DNA from: Vicugna vicugna | Lineage: Eukaryota | Assembly (NCBI GenBank): GCA_013265495.1 | Contig: MU058103.1 | Location: forward strand, 1-64,000 | DNA: 64,000 bases | Reading direction: 5' to 3' | In this document: positions 39,721 to 55,089 of the stretch, piece by piece | How positions within the stretch are numbered: the stretch's first letter is position 1 | Layout: every line of letters starts with the position of its first letter | Notes under the pieces: generated by a model | Database searches by the model: none | What the model was told of the DNA's origin: nothing | What the model saw: only the letters and a program-made list of their open reading frames with translations | Made by a program: the position numbers and the translations under genes

Positions 39721-42469
39721 ATTGTCAAAAATAATTCAAATAAACCAAGGCAAAATTGGTAATTCTTACCCGTGTGCTTGCATTACAGTTTGTGACTAGT
39801 TTTATATCACTTAGCCTGATTATCTCTTTGACTTGTGATTCTGTATGCCCTTGAAGACTGTATATCATAAGTATGAGAGTCCTGTCTTAATCTTTATATT
39901 TCTGTGGTCTAGTACAGTGCCTGCACACGCAACGTATACTTCAGATATGTACTAAATGAATTCGTAAGTTTAGAGTTGTTGTCTTCGTGATTAGAACATG
40001 TGAAAGGCTCAGTCTCCTCACTGTTATCTATCAGTATTTGCACATGTAATTTAGCTCATTTTGGAAACCCAATTAGATTCCAGCTAGATGAGGGAAATCC
40101 TACCTGCAGCGACTGATTTCCTTTCCTGAGAACAAATAAATGCCTCATGAGAAACTATCTTTTAGCAACAAGATGCTAAAACTTTTGCTACCAGCTGTAC
40201 TCACAAGCTATCACATTTCTTTTGTTTTAAGTAAGCATAGTATTAGATATATAGAATGCCTAATATTATATAATAAAAATTTTCTACAGAGCCTTCAGTA
40301 TTTCACAACATATAGCTCAGAAATGGACTCACATTCAGAATTAAAATTGACTTTTAAATAGAATTACTGCCATTCATTGTTTTTGTTTAAATTTTATGGC
40401 ATTGTTATATTTAAATGTCTAATACGTTTCTAGATAACACAGAATTAAATAAGGTTATTGATAAAAATTGTTAAAAGATCAAGACAAAATGAAATAATGG
40501 AAACAACCCATAAAAATAAAAATGTAACTGTAAGTCAGATGTTTTCCTGATATAAGAAATGCCATCATGAATAAAACAGTTCCTCTTCTTCAGTAATCTT
40601 TAGATGAGTGAAAGAGGCATAATGTTAAATAAATATTTTCTGTTAACTCGGAATAGGTTACATCTTTTAATGATATATTCCAACAACATTTCATTACACT
40701 TCCTTCATGATATCCAGTATCCTTATAAACTTGTTTATTTTTCTTCCCTTCTAGTTTGTATACTCTTTGAAGATAAGGAATAAATCTGTCTATTTCAGTT
40801 CAGTTTCTTCAGAGCTTAGTAAATAAAACTTAAAGCATGAATTATTAATTGAATAAATTAATAGTTGGAAATCAGAGAAGAAAAGTTCACATTAAATATA
40901 ACTATTTCTAAGAGTTGAAGTTATACAAAAATGTAAAAAATATCCTTGTAAAATAGAGAAGTCTCCACCTCTTAGTGTTTCTAAGGACTGGATTTCATGT
41001 CTGTTTTGTAAGCCTTTTCTAATTTGAAGTTTCCCTAGTTAACAAATTGAATATACTGATGTATATTGAATATATTGATATGTGTTGATGAAGTATCTAT
41101 AATGAAAAGGAAAGAGTATTCTTGGGTTAAAATCATTCTGAAAGGCATATTATGTAAATGTCTGTAGAATAAACCACAGAGGTTAAGAAAAAAATAGACT
41201 CAGAGTTATAAAGAGAGGATAAAAACACAGGATAATGGCAAAGGTCATGAGAATAGATAATTGTTCAACACAACTCACTAGGTAGTTCTAACACAAATTA
41301 TGAAGGCAAATCTAACTTTTCTCAAGTAGAAGTTGAAACCAAAAAAAGGTTTGTGCTAAGTAAGCTGGTGTAATAAAACTTGCTTTAATCTATATTTTAG
41401 TACAATTTTTGGAAAGAATTTTTCTTTAGTATGAATATACAAACTAAAGATACATTGTCTCACATTCTAGTATTTCCATTTTTCATCAAAAGTAAAATGT
41501 AATAAAATTGTGATGCCCGTAATAAAGACCTAAAGGTCCTGCCAAGCTATGTTATGAATGAACTATCCAAATATGAAGTTCTGTTTAGTATAATCTTAAT
41601 GTTATAATATCCACCTAAGCCATTCTTTTTCTTTACATTACCAACCTGGGTCATCTAGGAACCCAGGTAATTAAATCAGGTTATTCTTGTCTCTCACTTG
41701 GGTTAAACTTTACTTTTAAAAAAAGTATTTAAAATGACACAAAGCTGAGTACTCTGCATACATTGTTTTTAATCTTCACATGAATCCTCACAGCAAATTT
41801 GAAAGTTAGATTTAACTATCCTCTTACCAGATGAGAAACTGAGGTTCTGTAAGTAGTATAACTAAGAAAATCAAGTACCTTTAAGGTTTCAGTTCAGGCA
41901 AATAAATTGAATGATTGGAGGAGGGAGCAGTGAAAATGTGCAGAATCAGAGAAAGAATATATGTTCTTTATAAAAGAGACAGCTTTTGCAAAGGACCTAC
42001 AAGGGACTGTGATATTTTAAGCCCTGTATATTTCTTTTGTCTTCTCAATGCATCCAAATTGCTTTCCTTCAGTTTAGGGAAGAAACAAGGGCATTTGTAA
42101 ATAAGATGTCAGATTTAGTAAGGCAATGGTATTTTTTCAAATATCTGCTAGTAACAACTATAAAACAATAATTTATAAAGCAATAAACATTTTTAGTATG
42201 ACATAAACTACCTTTGAAGGCAAGTTTAAAAGAAGAGATAGAAATATGTTTTGAGTGGTGATTGTGGTATTAAAATAAGTGTATGTTTTATAGATTACTA
42301 TTTGGAAAGAACTGTTTATTTGGATGTGTTGTCATTATTTATTTGTTAAAAATGTCACATTTTTCTATAAGCACAACTTGTATTTTCCCATACTGTGAAT
42401 TCATATAAAATGTAATGCAAGGTTAAAAAATATGCCACTCTGATATTATGTAATTGACTTTATTATATC

Positions 42470-42815
42470 TGTGGAGCTGCATTAACTTTCTGCCTTTAAT
42501 CTTATGCCCTTCTAATTCATCCTTCACACTGTCTGTGAGCAATCTTCTAAATGTAAATTGGATGATTTCACTTTTTTCCTTTAAGTTGTTCAGTGTTTCT
42601 CTGCTGCCTTGGAGATAAACTCAAATTACTTTGTGTGTCATAACAGTCTTCCAGCTTTGGTACCTGCCAAATCACATCCTTCTCTTCCATCTCCTATGCA
42701 TACTTTTAAAGAATCCCACTATAAGCATCCTTAATAGTTCCCTGAGTGTGCCACACAGTCTCTCACTATCCTTCCTTTGTCTTTCTCCAACATCCATCTA
42801 ATTCATCCTGGTACT
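42470..42815 (+). mobile_element. L2 fragment
   Basis: taattcatccttcacactg...tctaaatgtaaattggatgatttcact. Confidence 0.6.
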
Positions 42816-42931
42816 TGGAACTTCAGTTTCACGTTGGCCTTGGTTTTTCTTCCAGAACTGTGAGAAAATAAATTGCTGTTCTTTAAACCACCCTGTTATG
42901 TTTTGTTAATGGCATTCCAGCAAACTAATAG
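42815..42931 (+). mobile_element. MLT1 LTR 3' end fragment
   Basis: ttccagaactgtgagaaaataaatt...tttaaaccaccc...gcaaactaata. Confidence 0.8.
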
Positions 42932-43119
42932 TATTCTAGACAGAAAGAGACCCTATGATTGTCAGCGCCAGCAGGAACAGGCATCTGGACATGTTGGCTT
43001 AGGGTCATCAGACTAGCTACACACAGGGTTTGGAACAAATTAAAAAAACAGACGGAGGATGATAATGGGATTTAGCCATTTCTCTCTCGAACAAGATCCA
43101 TACACATATGAGAAAAAGG

Positions 43120-44670
43120 AAGGCTAGACTGAACCAAGAGTTTTAATTTATATACATTCTAATTGTCCACTGAAAGGGCCTAAGACTCACAACAATCCAG
43201 TAGCAATGAGCACATCTAGAACTCAGAACATGTTTTCTAAAAGTAATTATCAACTAAAAGGAATTACACATTCTTGTAAGAGGCACCAAACAGCCAAAAC
43301 GATAGTGGAAAAGAATAAAGTTGGAGACTTACACTTTCATATTTTAAAATGTATTACCAAATAGTGGTTAATAGTGTACTTTTTATAGTGTAATGGTAAA
43401 TAGTGTAGCATAAGGATAAACACATAGATCAATGGAATCGAATTCAGAGTCCAAAAATAAGCACAGACATTGATGGCTATTTGATTTTTATGAAGTTGCC
43501 AAGTTCCATTCAGTGGATAAAGAATAGCCTGAACCAAATGGTGCTGAAGCAACTGGATATCAATATGCAGAATAATAAAATGAGACCCCTAGTTCACACC
43601 ATTCAAAAAACTAAGTCAAATTAGACCCCTCCTTCACAACATACGCAGTAAATAACTAAAAATGGATCAATGACCTAGGTATAAAAGCTAAAATCATAAA
43701 AATCTTTGAAGCAAACATTGAGGTAAACCTTTATGACTTTGGATTTTGCAATGGATTCTTAGATATGATGCCACAAGCAAAAAAAGAAGAAATATGTGAA
43801 TTAGACTTCATCAAAATCAATGACTTTTGTATTTCAAATGACATTATCTAAGAAAGTTAGAAGACAACCTACAGAATAAGAGAATATATTTGCAAATCGT
43901 GTATCTAGCAAGTGTTTAACATGCAGAATATATAAATAACTCTTACAAACCAATAAAAAGACAAATAACTCAGTTTTAAAAATTATTTACTGGTAAAGGA
44001 CTTGAATGTATATTTCTCAAGGAAGATATAGGAATAACAAGTGCTATGAAGAAATAGTCAATATTATTGGTCATCAGGACAATGCAAATTAAAACCTCAG
44101 TGAGAAGCCACTGCACACTTAGTAGGGTGGCTAAAATAAAAAAAAATCTATACAATAGTAAGTATTGACAATGATGTGGAGAAATTGGAAACTTCATAAC
44201 AGTGCTAAAGGAAATGTAAAATTGTGCAGCTGCTATAGAAGACAGACATTTTACAAAGTTTCTAAGTATATTCCTACAAAAAATGCATCAATTTCAAATG
44301 GGATAAAAATGTACATTGACTTTGGAAAATCTCAGTGGCATCATTATGATGAAATTTCATCAACACAGTGAAAGCACCATTAATGGGACACTTCCATATA
44401 CATGTTATTCAGCAGGCTGCAATGAAGGACTCAGCATCACTTCTGTGATATGCAGGATCAAAATGCATGACCTCTGTATAATCATAGCAAAACAGAAATA
44501 CATGACAACTGGCTAGAATGTGTGATTGGATTCTTCTGCTCTGAAGGATATTTTGGGAAAGTGAGCAATACATTTGCTGGGCAAATGATACACAGGTGTT
44601 CTTTACTCTTTGTGTGTGTGTGTGTGTGTCTTTCTGTGTATTTTAAGCTGTTTCAAAATAAAAATAAAAT
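43120..44670 (+). mobile_element. Composite L1: ORF2 3' segment (about 43285-44240) between L1MC-like 3' UTR pieces
   Basis: aagaataaagttggagacttacactt, aaatggtgctgaagcaactggatat, gacttcatcaaaat; flanks cagtagcaatgagcacatctag and acagcaagcatcacttctgtgata-like motifs. Confidence 0.85.
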
Positions 44671-45529
44671 GGACCACAATGACAGATTATAATCACTAAG
44701 ACAAGGCATAGAAGGTGTGATTCAAACAGCAAGTAGTTGCTTTGCAGTTTCAGGAGCATATCTGAAAAAAATTATTTGACATTAAAAATCATCTGTAAAC
44801 CGTAATCACTCATATAACTATTTCTAAAGGTATTGTATTAAATACAATAATGCATGTTAAGTACTCTGCAAATTTTCTGGCTTATGTTAGTTACTCAATA
44901 AATGTCAACTATGATTAATTACATAATAATGAAGGAAAGTCAGGGCAAGATCTCAACTGAGTTCTTTCAGAATAAATTATTTTATAAATTGAAATTTAGA
45001 CCATACAGCTAAAACAGTTACAAATTATTTTTAATCACCTTATTAAGACTATAACATTCTTTGTAGTGTTCTTAGATAGATCAAATGCTTTATTACTTCT
45101 TACATCTTTATTTTTGGCCTTAAAATAGTACATATTTTATTGAAAAAGTAATACATGCACAAGTTTAAAATGTTTTGAAAAGTATAAAAAAGTAAGTAAT
45201 ATACATCTCTCTCAACAAAACTCAATTAAAACACTTCAGAAGTAGTTGTAAGCATTATCATATATACATTTACAAAATTTTTCTTTGCAAAGACACATAC
45301 TCATATACATAGTACAAATTCACATCATAAATAAAGGCAAAACCATTGCTACATTTTATTGTGTCCCCTAGAAATACTGAGAATATTTTCATTAAGCATA
45401 TATAAACCTCCTTTCTCCATGATATTCAATTGTATTTTATTGTAGATATGCAAGGTTTCTATTAAAAATAGTTAATAATCAGTACAAGCATATCCAATCA
45501 GAGTGACTGCCTGACCAATCAAAACAAAT

Positions 45530-45850
45530 ACTAATGTGATAGAACCACAGATCCATGACAGAAATATTCAGTGGCTTATAATTTCAGTTATTTAGTTCTC
45601 ATTCCTGAGTTTACAGATTGACTGGTCTTGAGTTCAGAAACCGTCTGTGTTCCTACTCTGTGATCTAGGCTGAAAGAAAGGAGACTCTTCACAGGATATT
45701 CTCACTGTGGACGGCAGGAGTGCAAGAGTTTGCCTAACCACACATGCCTTTAAGGATTTATTCCTCTAAAGGCATCATTGGAAAGCAAAGCATGTTACCC
45801 AGGGACATGACTGCAAGATCAGGATGTGAAGAAACACTTGTAAACAAATG
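45530..45850 (-). mobile_element. Old MaLR LTR (MLT1J/K-like)
   Basis: ttcagtggctta...ggcaggagtgcaagag...aaccacacatgcctttaagg. Confidence 0.5.
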
Positions 45851-46789
45851 CTTTATCAAAATGAATGTTGAATCTCTCTGAATATGGCACAATTTCATGA
45901 AACAAGTTTTATTGATGCATGTTGATACTGCTTATTCTCTATTATAAACAATGCAATAATGAAAACTGTAGCGTATGCCTTTCTATTTGTTATCCATTTT
46001 TCATTGGATTCTTGTCTCTTAAAAATCATTTATTTTATGTAAACATGAACATGTATCTATAAGTGAAATTTACCTTGTTACTATATAGGTGGGTTCAGGG
46101 AGAAGCTTTCCCTTACTGCAATCCTAGGCAAAAGGGCTCAAGGGACCACTTGGGGGAGCTTGAAATGTGTCTTCTGTAGTTAAGGGATTACAGTTCACAC
46201 TTGAAATCAAAGCTGTGAGAAGCTGTGCCTTATAGCTGCTCTGGATAAAAGAGAGACTTCTGTGCTGGAAATGGCTGCATTTTTCAAGTTTGTGGTAGTT
46301 AGGAATAAATAAATATTATTGAGGGAAAGATGTGGACCATGCAATGGAGAGAGCAGAAAAGAGCTGAGGAAAGAATCTCAAGTGACCAAAAAAGGTCCTA
46401 AAAATTGTAACAAACATAATACAATCATACGCTGAAAAAAATATAGTAAAAATTCATAGGTTTTAGTCCAGTGATTGAGAACAATTCAATGTTATAAAAC
46501 ATATGACTATACATGTGTTACCATAATACACTTATTTTCTGAATTGAAAAAATTATGAAAATAGGAATACACAGATAATTGATTAAGTGTATATATGTGC
46601 ATGTGTGTGTGTGTGTGTGTATGTGTACAGATTTTTGAAGCATTTGGTCTATATCTCAAATCAGAGAATCATGTTAAGTAAATAATAGAAGTACCTCCGC
46701 TGTATTTGTAAATAAGATGTGGTTGCTCATTGCTCTTATTAACAATTCTTGTCTCACTATTCAACATGAATCAACAAAGAAACTAGATC

Positions 46790-49700
46790 ACTTTTATTCA
46801 TAGTCAGTTTTGATTTGCTGATACTTTATTGAGGTTTCTGTCATCTTTGTTCATGAGAGATAATGGTCTGTTGAATCAGCTCTGGTTATGACTATCTGCT
46901 TGTAGTATTAGGCTAATGTTTGCCTCAAAGAATTAGGAATTGTTTTCTCTTTCCATATTCTGAAAGAGATTGTGGAGACTTGGTACATTTATTCTGTAAA
47001 TATTGGGTGGAATTCACTATTGTTGCCATTTGGGATAGTGCTTTCACTATGAGAAAGTTTTTCATTATCAATTCAATTTATATGATGGATTCAGGTCACT
47101 TATGATGACCTGTTTCTTTCTTCAGTGAGTTTAGGTAGATTGTGCATTTCAAGGTTTATTCCATTTCATTTGTTGTCAAATATGTGGCATAAACATATTT
47201 GTGACATTCATTTATTAGCTTTTTGATTTCCATTAGTCAGTAGTGATGACTTAGTCAGTAGTGATGACTCTTCATTTCTGTCATTTGTAAATTGTCTTTT
47301 TTTCTTTTATGACTACATAGTTATAAATTTTTGTGATCATTTCAAAGACCAACTTTTTGTTTTGTTGCTTTCTCTATTTTTTTATTTTAAGTGTCATTGA
47401 TTTCTGTTCTGATTTTTATTATTCATTTTATTCTGCTTCTTTTAGGCTTAAATTGGTCTTATTTCTTTAGTTTCCTAAGAAGAAAGGTTCAGGTTTTGAT
47501 TTTAGATCTTTCCTCTTTTTAAATACATGAATTTTATGCTGTAAGTTTCCCTCTAAGCACTATTTTTATTGTATCCCAATAATTTTGATAAGATGTGGTT
47601 TTATTTTGATTTTAAACATTTTAAAATGCTTGAGTCTTCTTTGAACTATGTCTCATTGGAAAGTGTTTGGTTTCCAAATATTTGGTGATTTTCGTATATC
47701 TTTCTTGTTTTTGATTTCTATTTTAATTCCATTTTGAACTGAAAGCATACCTTGAAGGATTTCTGTTCTTTTAAACTAGTTGAGGTATGTTTTATGACCC
47801 AGAATTTGGTCCATCTTGGTGAATGTTCTGTATTAGCGTGAAGGGAACATATATTCTGTTGTTGTAAGATGGAACTTTTATAAAAGTCAATTAGATCAAG
47901 CTGATTGATAATGGTATTGAGGTTAATGTGTCCTTGATGATTTTTGGAACTACATGATCTATTAATCATTGAAAGAGAGGTGTTGAAGTTCCTGCCGTAT
48001 AGTAGATTAATCTATTTTTGTCTTTTGATTCTATCAGTTTTGCCTCATATAGTTTGATGTTCTATTGCAAGGTAAATATAAGTTTAGCATTGTTAGCCTT
48101 CTTGGAGAATTGACTCCTTTATCATTATGTAATTTCCCTTTTTTCCTTTATAATTTTTCCATTCTGACATCTGCTTTTCCTGAAATTAATATACCTACTC
48201 CAAATTTCTTTTTATTAGCATCAATATGGTGTATCTTACTCTAAACCTTTACTTTAAACTTATCTGAATATTTAAAAACTATTGGGACTTGTTTGTTTGT
48301 TATCCACTGTGACAATCTGTCTTTAAATCGGTATACTTAAACCATTCACATCTAAGGTGATTATTGATATAGTTCGATTAGTATCTACCATGTGTATAAC
48401 TGTTTTCTAGTCATTGTACTTTGTTCACCTCCTTTCTCTTTTATTTATGTCTCTGGTTTTATTGAACATTTCATATAATTAAATTTTATCCCCTATATTA
48501 TATATTAATTATATTTATTTTTAGTGGTTACATTAGAGTTTCCAACACTTTTAACTAATCCTAATCCATCATTAAATAACACTATACTTTTCCTATCTAT
48601 AGCAGAGTATTATCAAATTTTCTCTTCTACTCTTAATGAATTTTCTCATTTATTTCATGTAGCTATCTGCCATAATCAATACATTTTTACTATTATTATT
48701 TTCTAAAGTTATCTTTTAGATAAATTTAGAATACGAAAAATAAAAATATTTTATTTAATCTTCACTTATTGTCTCTCTTATGCTCTTCCTTCCTTTATGT
48801 AGATTCAAATTTCTGACCTAAACTATTTTCCATCTCTTTGAAAAACGTCTCTAAATATTTCTTACAGAGCAAGTCTGCTATTAATGAATTCTCTCAGATT
48901 TTGTTTTCCTGCTGTCTTTATTTGTCCTTCACATCTAGAGGTCAATATTGCTGTGAATATAAATATTTTGTAAATATTTTATATTTATCCCACTATTTGC
49001 TCTCTGTGTTCCTGAATCTGTCATTTGTTGTCTATCATTAAGGTTGGAAAATAGCCATTATTACTTCAAATACTTCTTTTTTATTTTTTCTTTCTCTATT
49101 TGGGATTTTACAATTATGCATACATTAAATAGTTTGAAACTGTCCTACAGTCTATAAATGATCTATTTTTTAAATTCTCTTTTATATTTCTGTTTTGGAA
49201 GTTTATGTTGTCATATCTACAAGTTTATTGTTTCTTTGACTATCTCAAATCTGCTGATGTGCACAGAAAGCCATTTTCCCTTTCTGTTACAATGCTGTTT
49301 TATTTCTAGCATTTCATTTTGATTCTTTCTTAAAGTTCTCTTCACCTGGTGGTACTATACATTTGTTCTTATATGTTTTTACTTTATTTTTTTCTTTAAA
49401 GCTATAACACATATTAATATGCTATTTCAGTTTATCAATAGTTTTTTGGAATTTCCTGTCTGATAAGTCCAACATGTGCATTACATCTGAGTCTAGTTAT
49501 GCTGATTCTTTGCTTCTTTGTCCCTTCACACTGTGATTTTTTGTTTGTTGTTTGTCTTTTGGCATGTTGATTTTTTTTGTTGTTATAAGCCATACCTATT
49601 GTATCAGATACTAGGAACTGAGGTAAATAGATATTTACTGAGAGTCATATTAATCTAATTAGACTGGGTGATGTTTAATGTTAATTGTAGCTCTAGATAT

Positions 49701-50555
49701 CAGAGGTTTCAAATTCCCTAATATCACTGGTTTTGTCTTCTCTGTTGACTTCGGGCTTCCCTATGTATTCCTCCTTAAGTGGAGTCTGTACTATGTAGCT
49801 CTTTCAGGTAATTTATGTCACTCGAGCCCTGTTGGTGTGGTGGGAAGGCTTGGGGGAGAGGGGAAGAATTCTATAATCATGATTAACTCTCATCCTTTTA
49901 GTGGCCTTGAGACTTGGAAATGTGATATTCCTAAGTATTTCCCCAGTGTTGCAGCTCTCTCTTTCTCTCTCTTGAAACAGGAATGTTAGTGGGAGCTGAA
50001 GTAAGAATAAGAAGAATGCCCTTTTGCCAATTTGGATAAAACTGTGGTAAAGTCTTTTTCCTTGGGAGGGAGATTAGGTCTTTGCTAAGGGGTTTATTCT
50101 GGGCATATTTCACAATGATTATTATTTCATAGCCCCTGCCTGAAGCACAAAGGAATGGTTCACAAATCTTCACTGTGAGGACCTGATGGGGTTCCTGAAG
50201 GTAGAAATGAATGAAAATATGAAGCTGTTCCCAATGCTGAGCCCACAGGATTTTCTAATTTTTACACTGCTCCACACTCAGCTTCTAGCAATTCATCAAA
50301 ATTATCACCTAAATGTTCTTACTAGTGTCTGTATCTCCAGCCAGTTTTGTTCCAGTTAAATAGATCTTGACTTTGACTCTTTGGATTCATCTGCCTCTAC
50401 AGGTTCTGAAGTGTTGCTGTGTTCTGCAATCTTTGTTCTTTGATAGGTCCAATAAAGTCATTGCTTTTCAGTTTGCTCAACATTTTTCTTGTTGAAAGAA
50501 TAGGAGTGATGACTTTTCCTTACATGTTGGAGCTGAAGCTACAAGTTGGCTCATA
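46790..50555 (-). mobile_element. L1M4/L1MC-like 5' portion (5' UTR, ORF1, ORF2 endonuclease), decayed
   Basis: T-rich plus strand; gtttccctctaagcact, ttttatgacccagaat, tgactcctttatcattatgtaat. ORF 47718-47969(-) retains LNTIINQLDLID, an L1 endonuclease-like motif. 5' end gagtgatgactttt...tacatgttggagctgaa. Confidence 0.9.
47233..47268. repeat. Perfect 18-bp tandem duplication
   Basis: ttagtcagtagtgatgac x2. Confidence 0.95.
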
Positions 50556-51959
50556 ATTTTTGAAGTACAAAATTTAAAATAATATTCCCCATGAAGCATG
50601 AGGAATGTCTAACATTATTCAGTGGCGTTTTCTTATTTCTTTATATTTCTAGTAGACTATGGCTAAACCCTTTATTATCTCATGAAAGACATCAGATATT
50701 CTAAATTATGTAGATACTACATACACAAGATAGCCTCACACATTCTTCATAGTTTCCAATCTTTGCTTGCTCATTAACATCAAGAAAATGTGTCTCTTAA
50801 CCTTTAGAGAGGTATTTGCCTCAGTTGTCAGGAAACGGTATACACAGGTTGACCATCAACAGTAATTTGTCTCTAAGTTAAGGTATCTACTAGGGAAAAG
50901 TTCACATTTGACCAAAATTCTTATTTTCCTCAAAGCTATTTTCTCAAACCTGGATATGTTTACTAATATGTTTTAGTGGCATTTTTTCAACATGAATGCA
51001 CTGTAGAATAGGATGAAAAAAAACTGGGGAGAATCCTGCATAATCAGGGACAGATCTTGACAGCTCTTAAATGACATATTAAGGTGTTCTGATTTTACTA
51101 TACTTACAGTGAATTACTTGAAGAATTTAAAATAAAGCCCTTAAACATTTGAGAACAATTTTTCTTAACTTCCATGTGGAGAATTGATTAAACTGGGGCA
51201 ACACTGCATGCAAAATGATCAAATAGGAAAATCATGCAGGAATTCAAGCAAATCAAAGTAGATGGTTTGACCCTACTTCCTTTGTAGATGACGTCTGCAT
51301 CAGTTGAGTGAAAAGATAAATAAACATGACTCAACGTTTATTTTCTAGGACAGCAACTTGATTGTAACATTGAAATATATGACTGCCAACTGAAGATATA
51401 ATGAATGTTTGATTAATTAATTTTGATTTATGTTTATTTTTGAGAGAGAAAAAAATGTTGTTTAGTGTTTCTATGATAATTTATTGTTATTTAATTATAC
51501 TGGGACTAGATTATTCCCTAACATTAAAAAATAGGCAATAACTCAGTGACATAAGTTGACAGAAATGTGTCTGTGTGCCCAGGTGAGAAAGCATAGGTTT
51601 TCCCAGCTTCTGTTACATCTCAGGTACACAATTATAAGCTCAAGGCCTGGGCTGACAACTATGTGAAGCAGTCCAACACTATAGTTGAGGGGTGGGTCAT
51701 ATCACCATGTGGGTAGGGATAGTTTGATCTGGAACTCAGATTTCTCTTTAACAATATCCTCTGCCACCTACATACTTTTATAAATAGATATTTATTGTTG
51801 GGTGGATATTTGGCTTCACTAGGCCAGAATTAAACTTCATAGACTGTTACAAAGGGTGAGATCCATAGATAATCCTTTTCACTCTCATTCTATACACAGC
51901 AAGTAAAAACTCAGAGAGAATTTAGGTGACTTATCTATACACAGCCCAGAAGCAGCCAT

Positions 51960-52215
51960 GTTTTAGTGGAAAACTAATGAATTTTGATAGTTTATCTGGT
52001 TTCTAATCTCAGCTTTTCCATTTACTATGCATGCCTTGATCATGTTTATTAAAGTCATTAAATTTTAGTTTTATTATTTGCATGGTGGTGAAGATAATCA
52101 CACCTATCTTTCAGGGTATGAAGTTTACATGAAATAATATGCATAAAATGTTTAATTTCCTTCCTGACACAGTAGACGCCTAATATAACTATTTTTCATT
52201 AATTATTATTGCTAT
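51960..52215 (+). mobile_element. MIR
   Basis: ggtttctaatctcagcttttccatttacta...cctgacacagtagacgcctaata. Confidence 0.7.
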
Positions 52216-55089
52216 TATTAAGGTTATGGATGGTTAGATTTAGATTGGAGATATACTATCTGAGACAAGCACATATGAATTAGAGATCTGAGTCTAAACC
52301 AAAATGATTAGAAAGTATTGAGGCCAAGTTTAGGAAACTGAGATCATTTAAAAAGGGTAAGCAAGGCCAAATGCAAGAGCAAAAAGGAAAGGAAAACAAA
52401 TATCAAGTGCCCCTTGAAATTGAATGAAATTAGCAGCAAAAGAGTATCTTTGAGTAACAGATAAAATAGAATTGAACTGCTTGAACTCTAATTTTGCTGA
52501 TATTGATATTAGATAGAGGCTTCCAATGGTGTAGGCCAAAGTTGGCCCCTGATTTTCTGACCCTCCATGTTGAAACCCAAATTTCTAGAATTTATGATCC
52601 CTAACAATGAACATTAAAATTTTACCAGTAGTGATTTTTAATATAATTAATGTGTAATATAGAATGACATCCATTTCATACACACACACACACACACGAA
52701 TGAATATATACTTTAAATTTTCAGCCTAAAATTAGCAATTTTTCCTCAGTAACATGAAAGTCTCATAAGTTACCTTATGTATTCTAATGTGAAATTCAGA
52801 TACTGAAATATAGTGAGGCAAATAAGAATAGACTTTAATGAAATATAACTAAATTTAATGAAAAATGTAAATCTAGTAGCATACTAAGAGAGCAACATTT
52901 TTTTTTTGGTTTTATTTTTGAAAATGAGATGTCCTATTCAATGATTATAATACATGTGGCATGTAGTTATTTTTAATTTGGAAAAAAAGAAACTGAAACT
53001 TTGAAAGTCAAGAGATTTGCCCAAGTTTCCTGAGAGAAAGAAGCAGAATCAAGACTGGAAGGCTTTTGTTTGTGTATTCTGTATAGAAATTTCCATGTCC
53101 TCTCCATAACTCTATATTTTCTGTTAAACAAGTAGAAATTAGAAACAAGGATGCCAGTGTGGTGAATCTACACTGCACATATTTATCATGATTTTTTCAG
53201 ATTCATTACAGGTTCTGTGAGTCCAGTGAGAAAATGTAAATTTGTGGCAGGTTATTATATCTTTTGTAGTAGACACTTTCCTGGTAAAATAATCTTGGCC
53301 AAGTTTTTTAAGTAGAAATCTTCCAACTTAGTTTATCACTTGTTTGTGTATTGGCATCGACCCAATGTTTACTGAGAAAAAGTGTGCCTTTGAGAAGTGA
53401 TGTAGAATAATACATAGAACTTGAATTTTTAATCAGGAAGACGTGGGTTCACATTTCATTGCTCTGCTACTTTACTGACTGAACTATTGAACTTTTGTCT
53501 GTATCTCCTTTCTGTAGAAAAAAAAAAACTCTTTCCCAGAAATTTGTTTAGAACTAATCCAAAAAACAGATTTAAAATGTCTAGGAGAATTCGTAGTATA
53601 TAAGCAGCAACAGATCATTTTCTTCCTCTTCATATATGTGTGTCCCTCATCTTTTTATGGAGGTTAGATAGTACTTCCTTTGGATGAGAAAAATAATTTT
53701 ATCTCTAAATCTTTATAATGTACCAATCCTGATGTCCACTTCATTTTTCTAAGGCATCTTGTCAGCATGATTCTCTGTATTTTTTAGTTCTGTTCAACAA
53801 CAAACCCCCAAACTTCAGGGCCATATTAACAAAGACATACTTATCTCTCATGTGACATCTAGGTTGTTGGTCAGTGGTGATTCTCTTCCAGGCTTCACCT
53901 TACTGAAAGTTATCTCTCTGTGCCACATGTCTTCTCTTTCAGAGACTTGGGCTACTGGAGAAACCATTATAAGGGACATGCCTGTTTTTGTGCTCTTAGT
54001 GTTGCTATTGAAGCAAAATATATACTGAAGGAAAAATATGTCCAGTGACTCTTCCAGGAATTTTATCTGTCAATTAGTAAATTTGTCAAAAATTTTTCAT
54101 TTTAACTAAGATTGCTTACTTCACTAAGTTGCATTTTCAAGTTATACCCTTGGATTTTATTGAAAGTCACTCCGAGAATGAGCAATATAAATGCTCAATT
54201 TCAAGAACAATATCCATATTATCACAGATATTCCATCAGTTAGATTCTCTCTATAAAGTCATAAATAAGAAACCTTTTGGAATTTGGATATATAAAAGGT
54301 GTTATTTCTTTGAATATTGGAGATATTTACCTTCTGATTCACTTACTATTTTGCTTTGGCTATAAGGAAGTTCAAAAGCAAATAGGAAGTTCAGTTACTG
54401 AAATTATGTTGATCCTCATGATTGGCACATGTTGACATTTACCTCCACTGGATCCTGATCTTCTACTCCTCTGTGTTTTTTATATTTATATCCATTCACA
54501 TATATTTGTTATTACTAACTGACCCCTTTGTAGAAACAAGACATGTGTGTGTGTGTTTGAAGTTTAGCAGCAGAAACTTACTATGCTTCTGATAATTGGT
54601 TGATTTATAAAAGCTGTCACATATTTAAGTTAATGATTTTTTTTCTAGGGAGATGGCCAAATTAAATAATGACAAAAGATCCCTGCTTCAACTTTTAAAA
54701 AAACCAGGATAGTATTCTCAATATGATTGATGTCATTAGGTATTTCCAGGTGAAAGGCTATGCATACAATCCCTTCAGGGAAAACTGTTAATAGCTGTTA
54801 AAATAGAAGCTATTAAGAACTGTAAATCATATTCACTATCAATCGTCACAAATGGCTATACCTCTCATTTTGGGGCCTCAGATAAAGTTATTTTAGGCTT
54901 TGAAAGGAAAAAAAGGAAAGGGAGAAGGTCAGTTGTCTGGAAGAGTCTGTATGAGAAGAAGACTAAATATTAAAAAAAAATGAGTTTTGGAGTAGGGCCA
55001 ACCTGGTTTGGCAGCCAATCTCTGTCAACTATGAACAGAACTTAGACTGATTTCATAATATCTGTAAATCTCAAATGTCTCTCTTTTTA

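Noticed and set aside
41644..41668. Short hairpin acctgggt...acccaggt
   Set aside because: An 8-bp stem is expected by chance and is too short for a miRNA precursor or MITE.
54649..54712. Acceptor followed by a Kozak ATG (MAKLNNDKRSLLQLLKKPG*)
   Set aside because: Stops after 19 codons and has no recognisable similarity.
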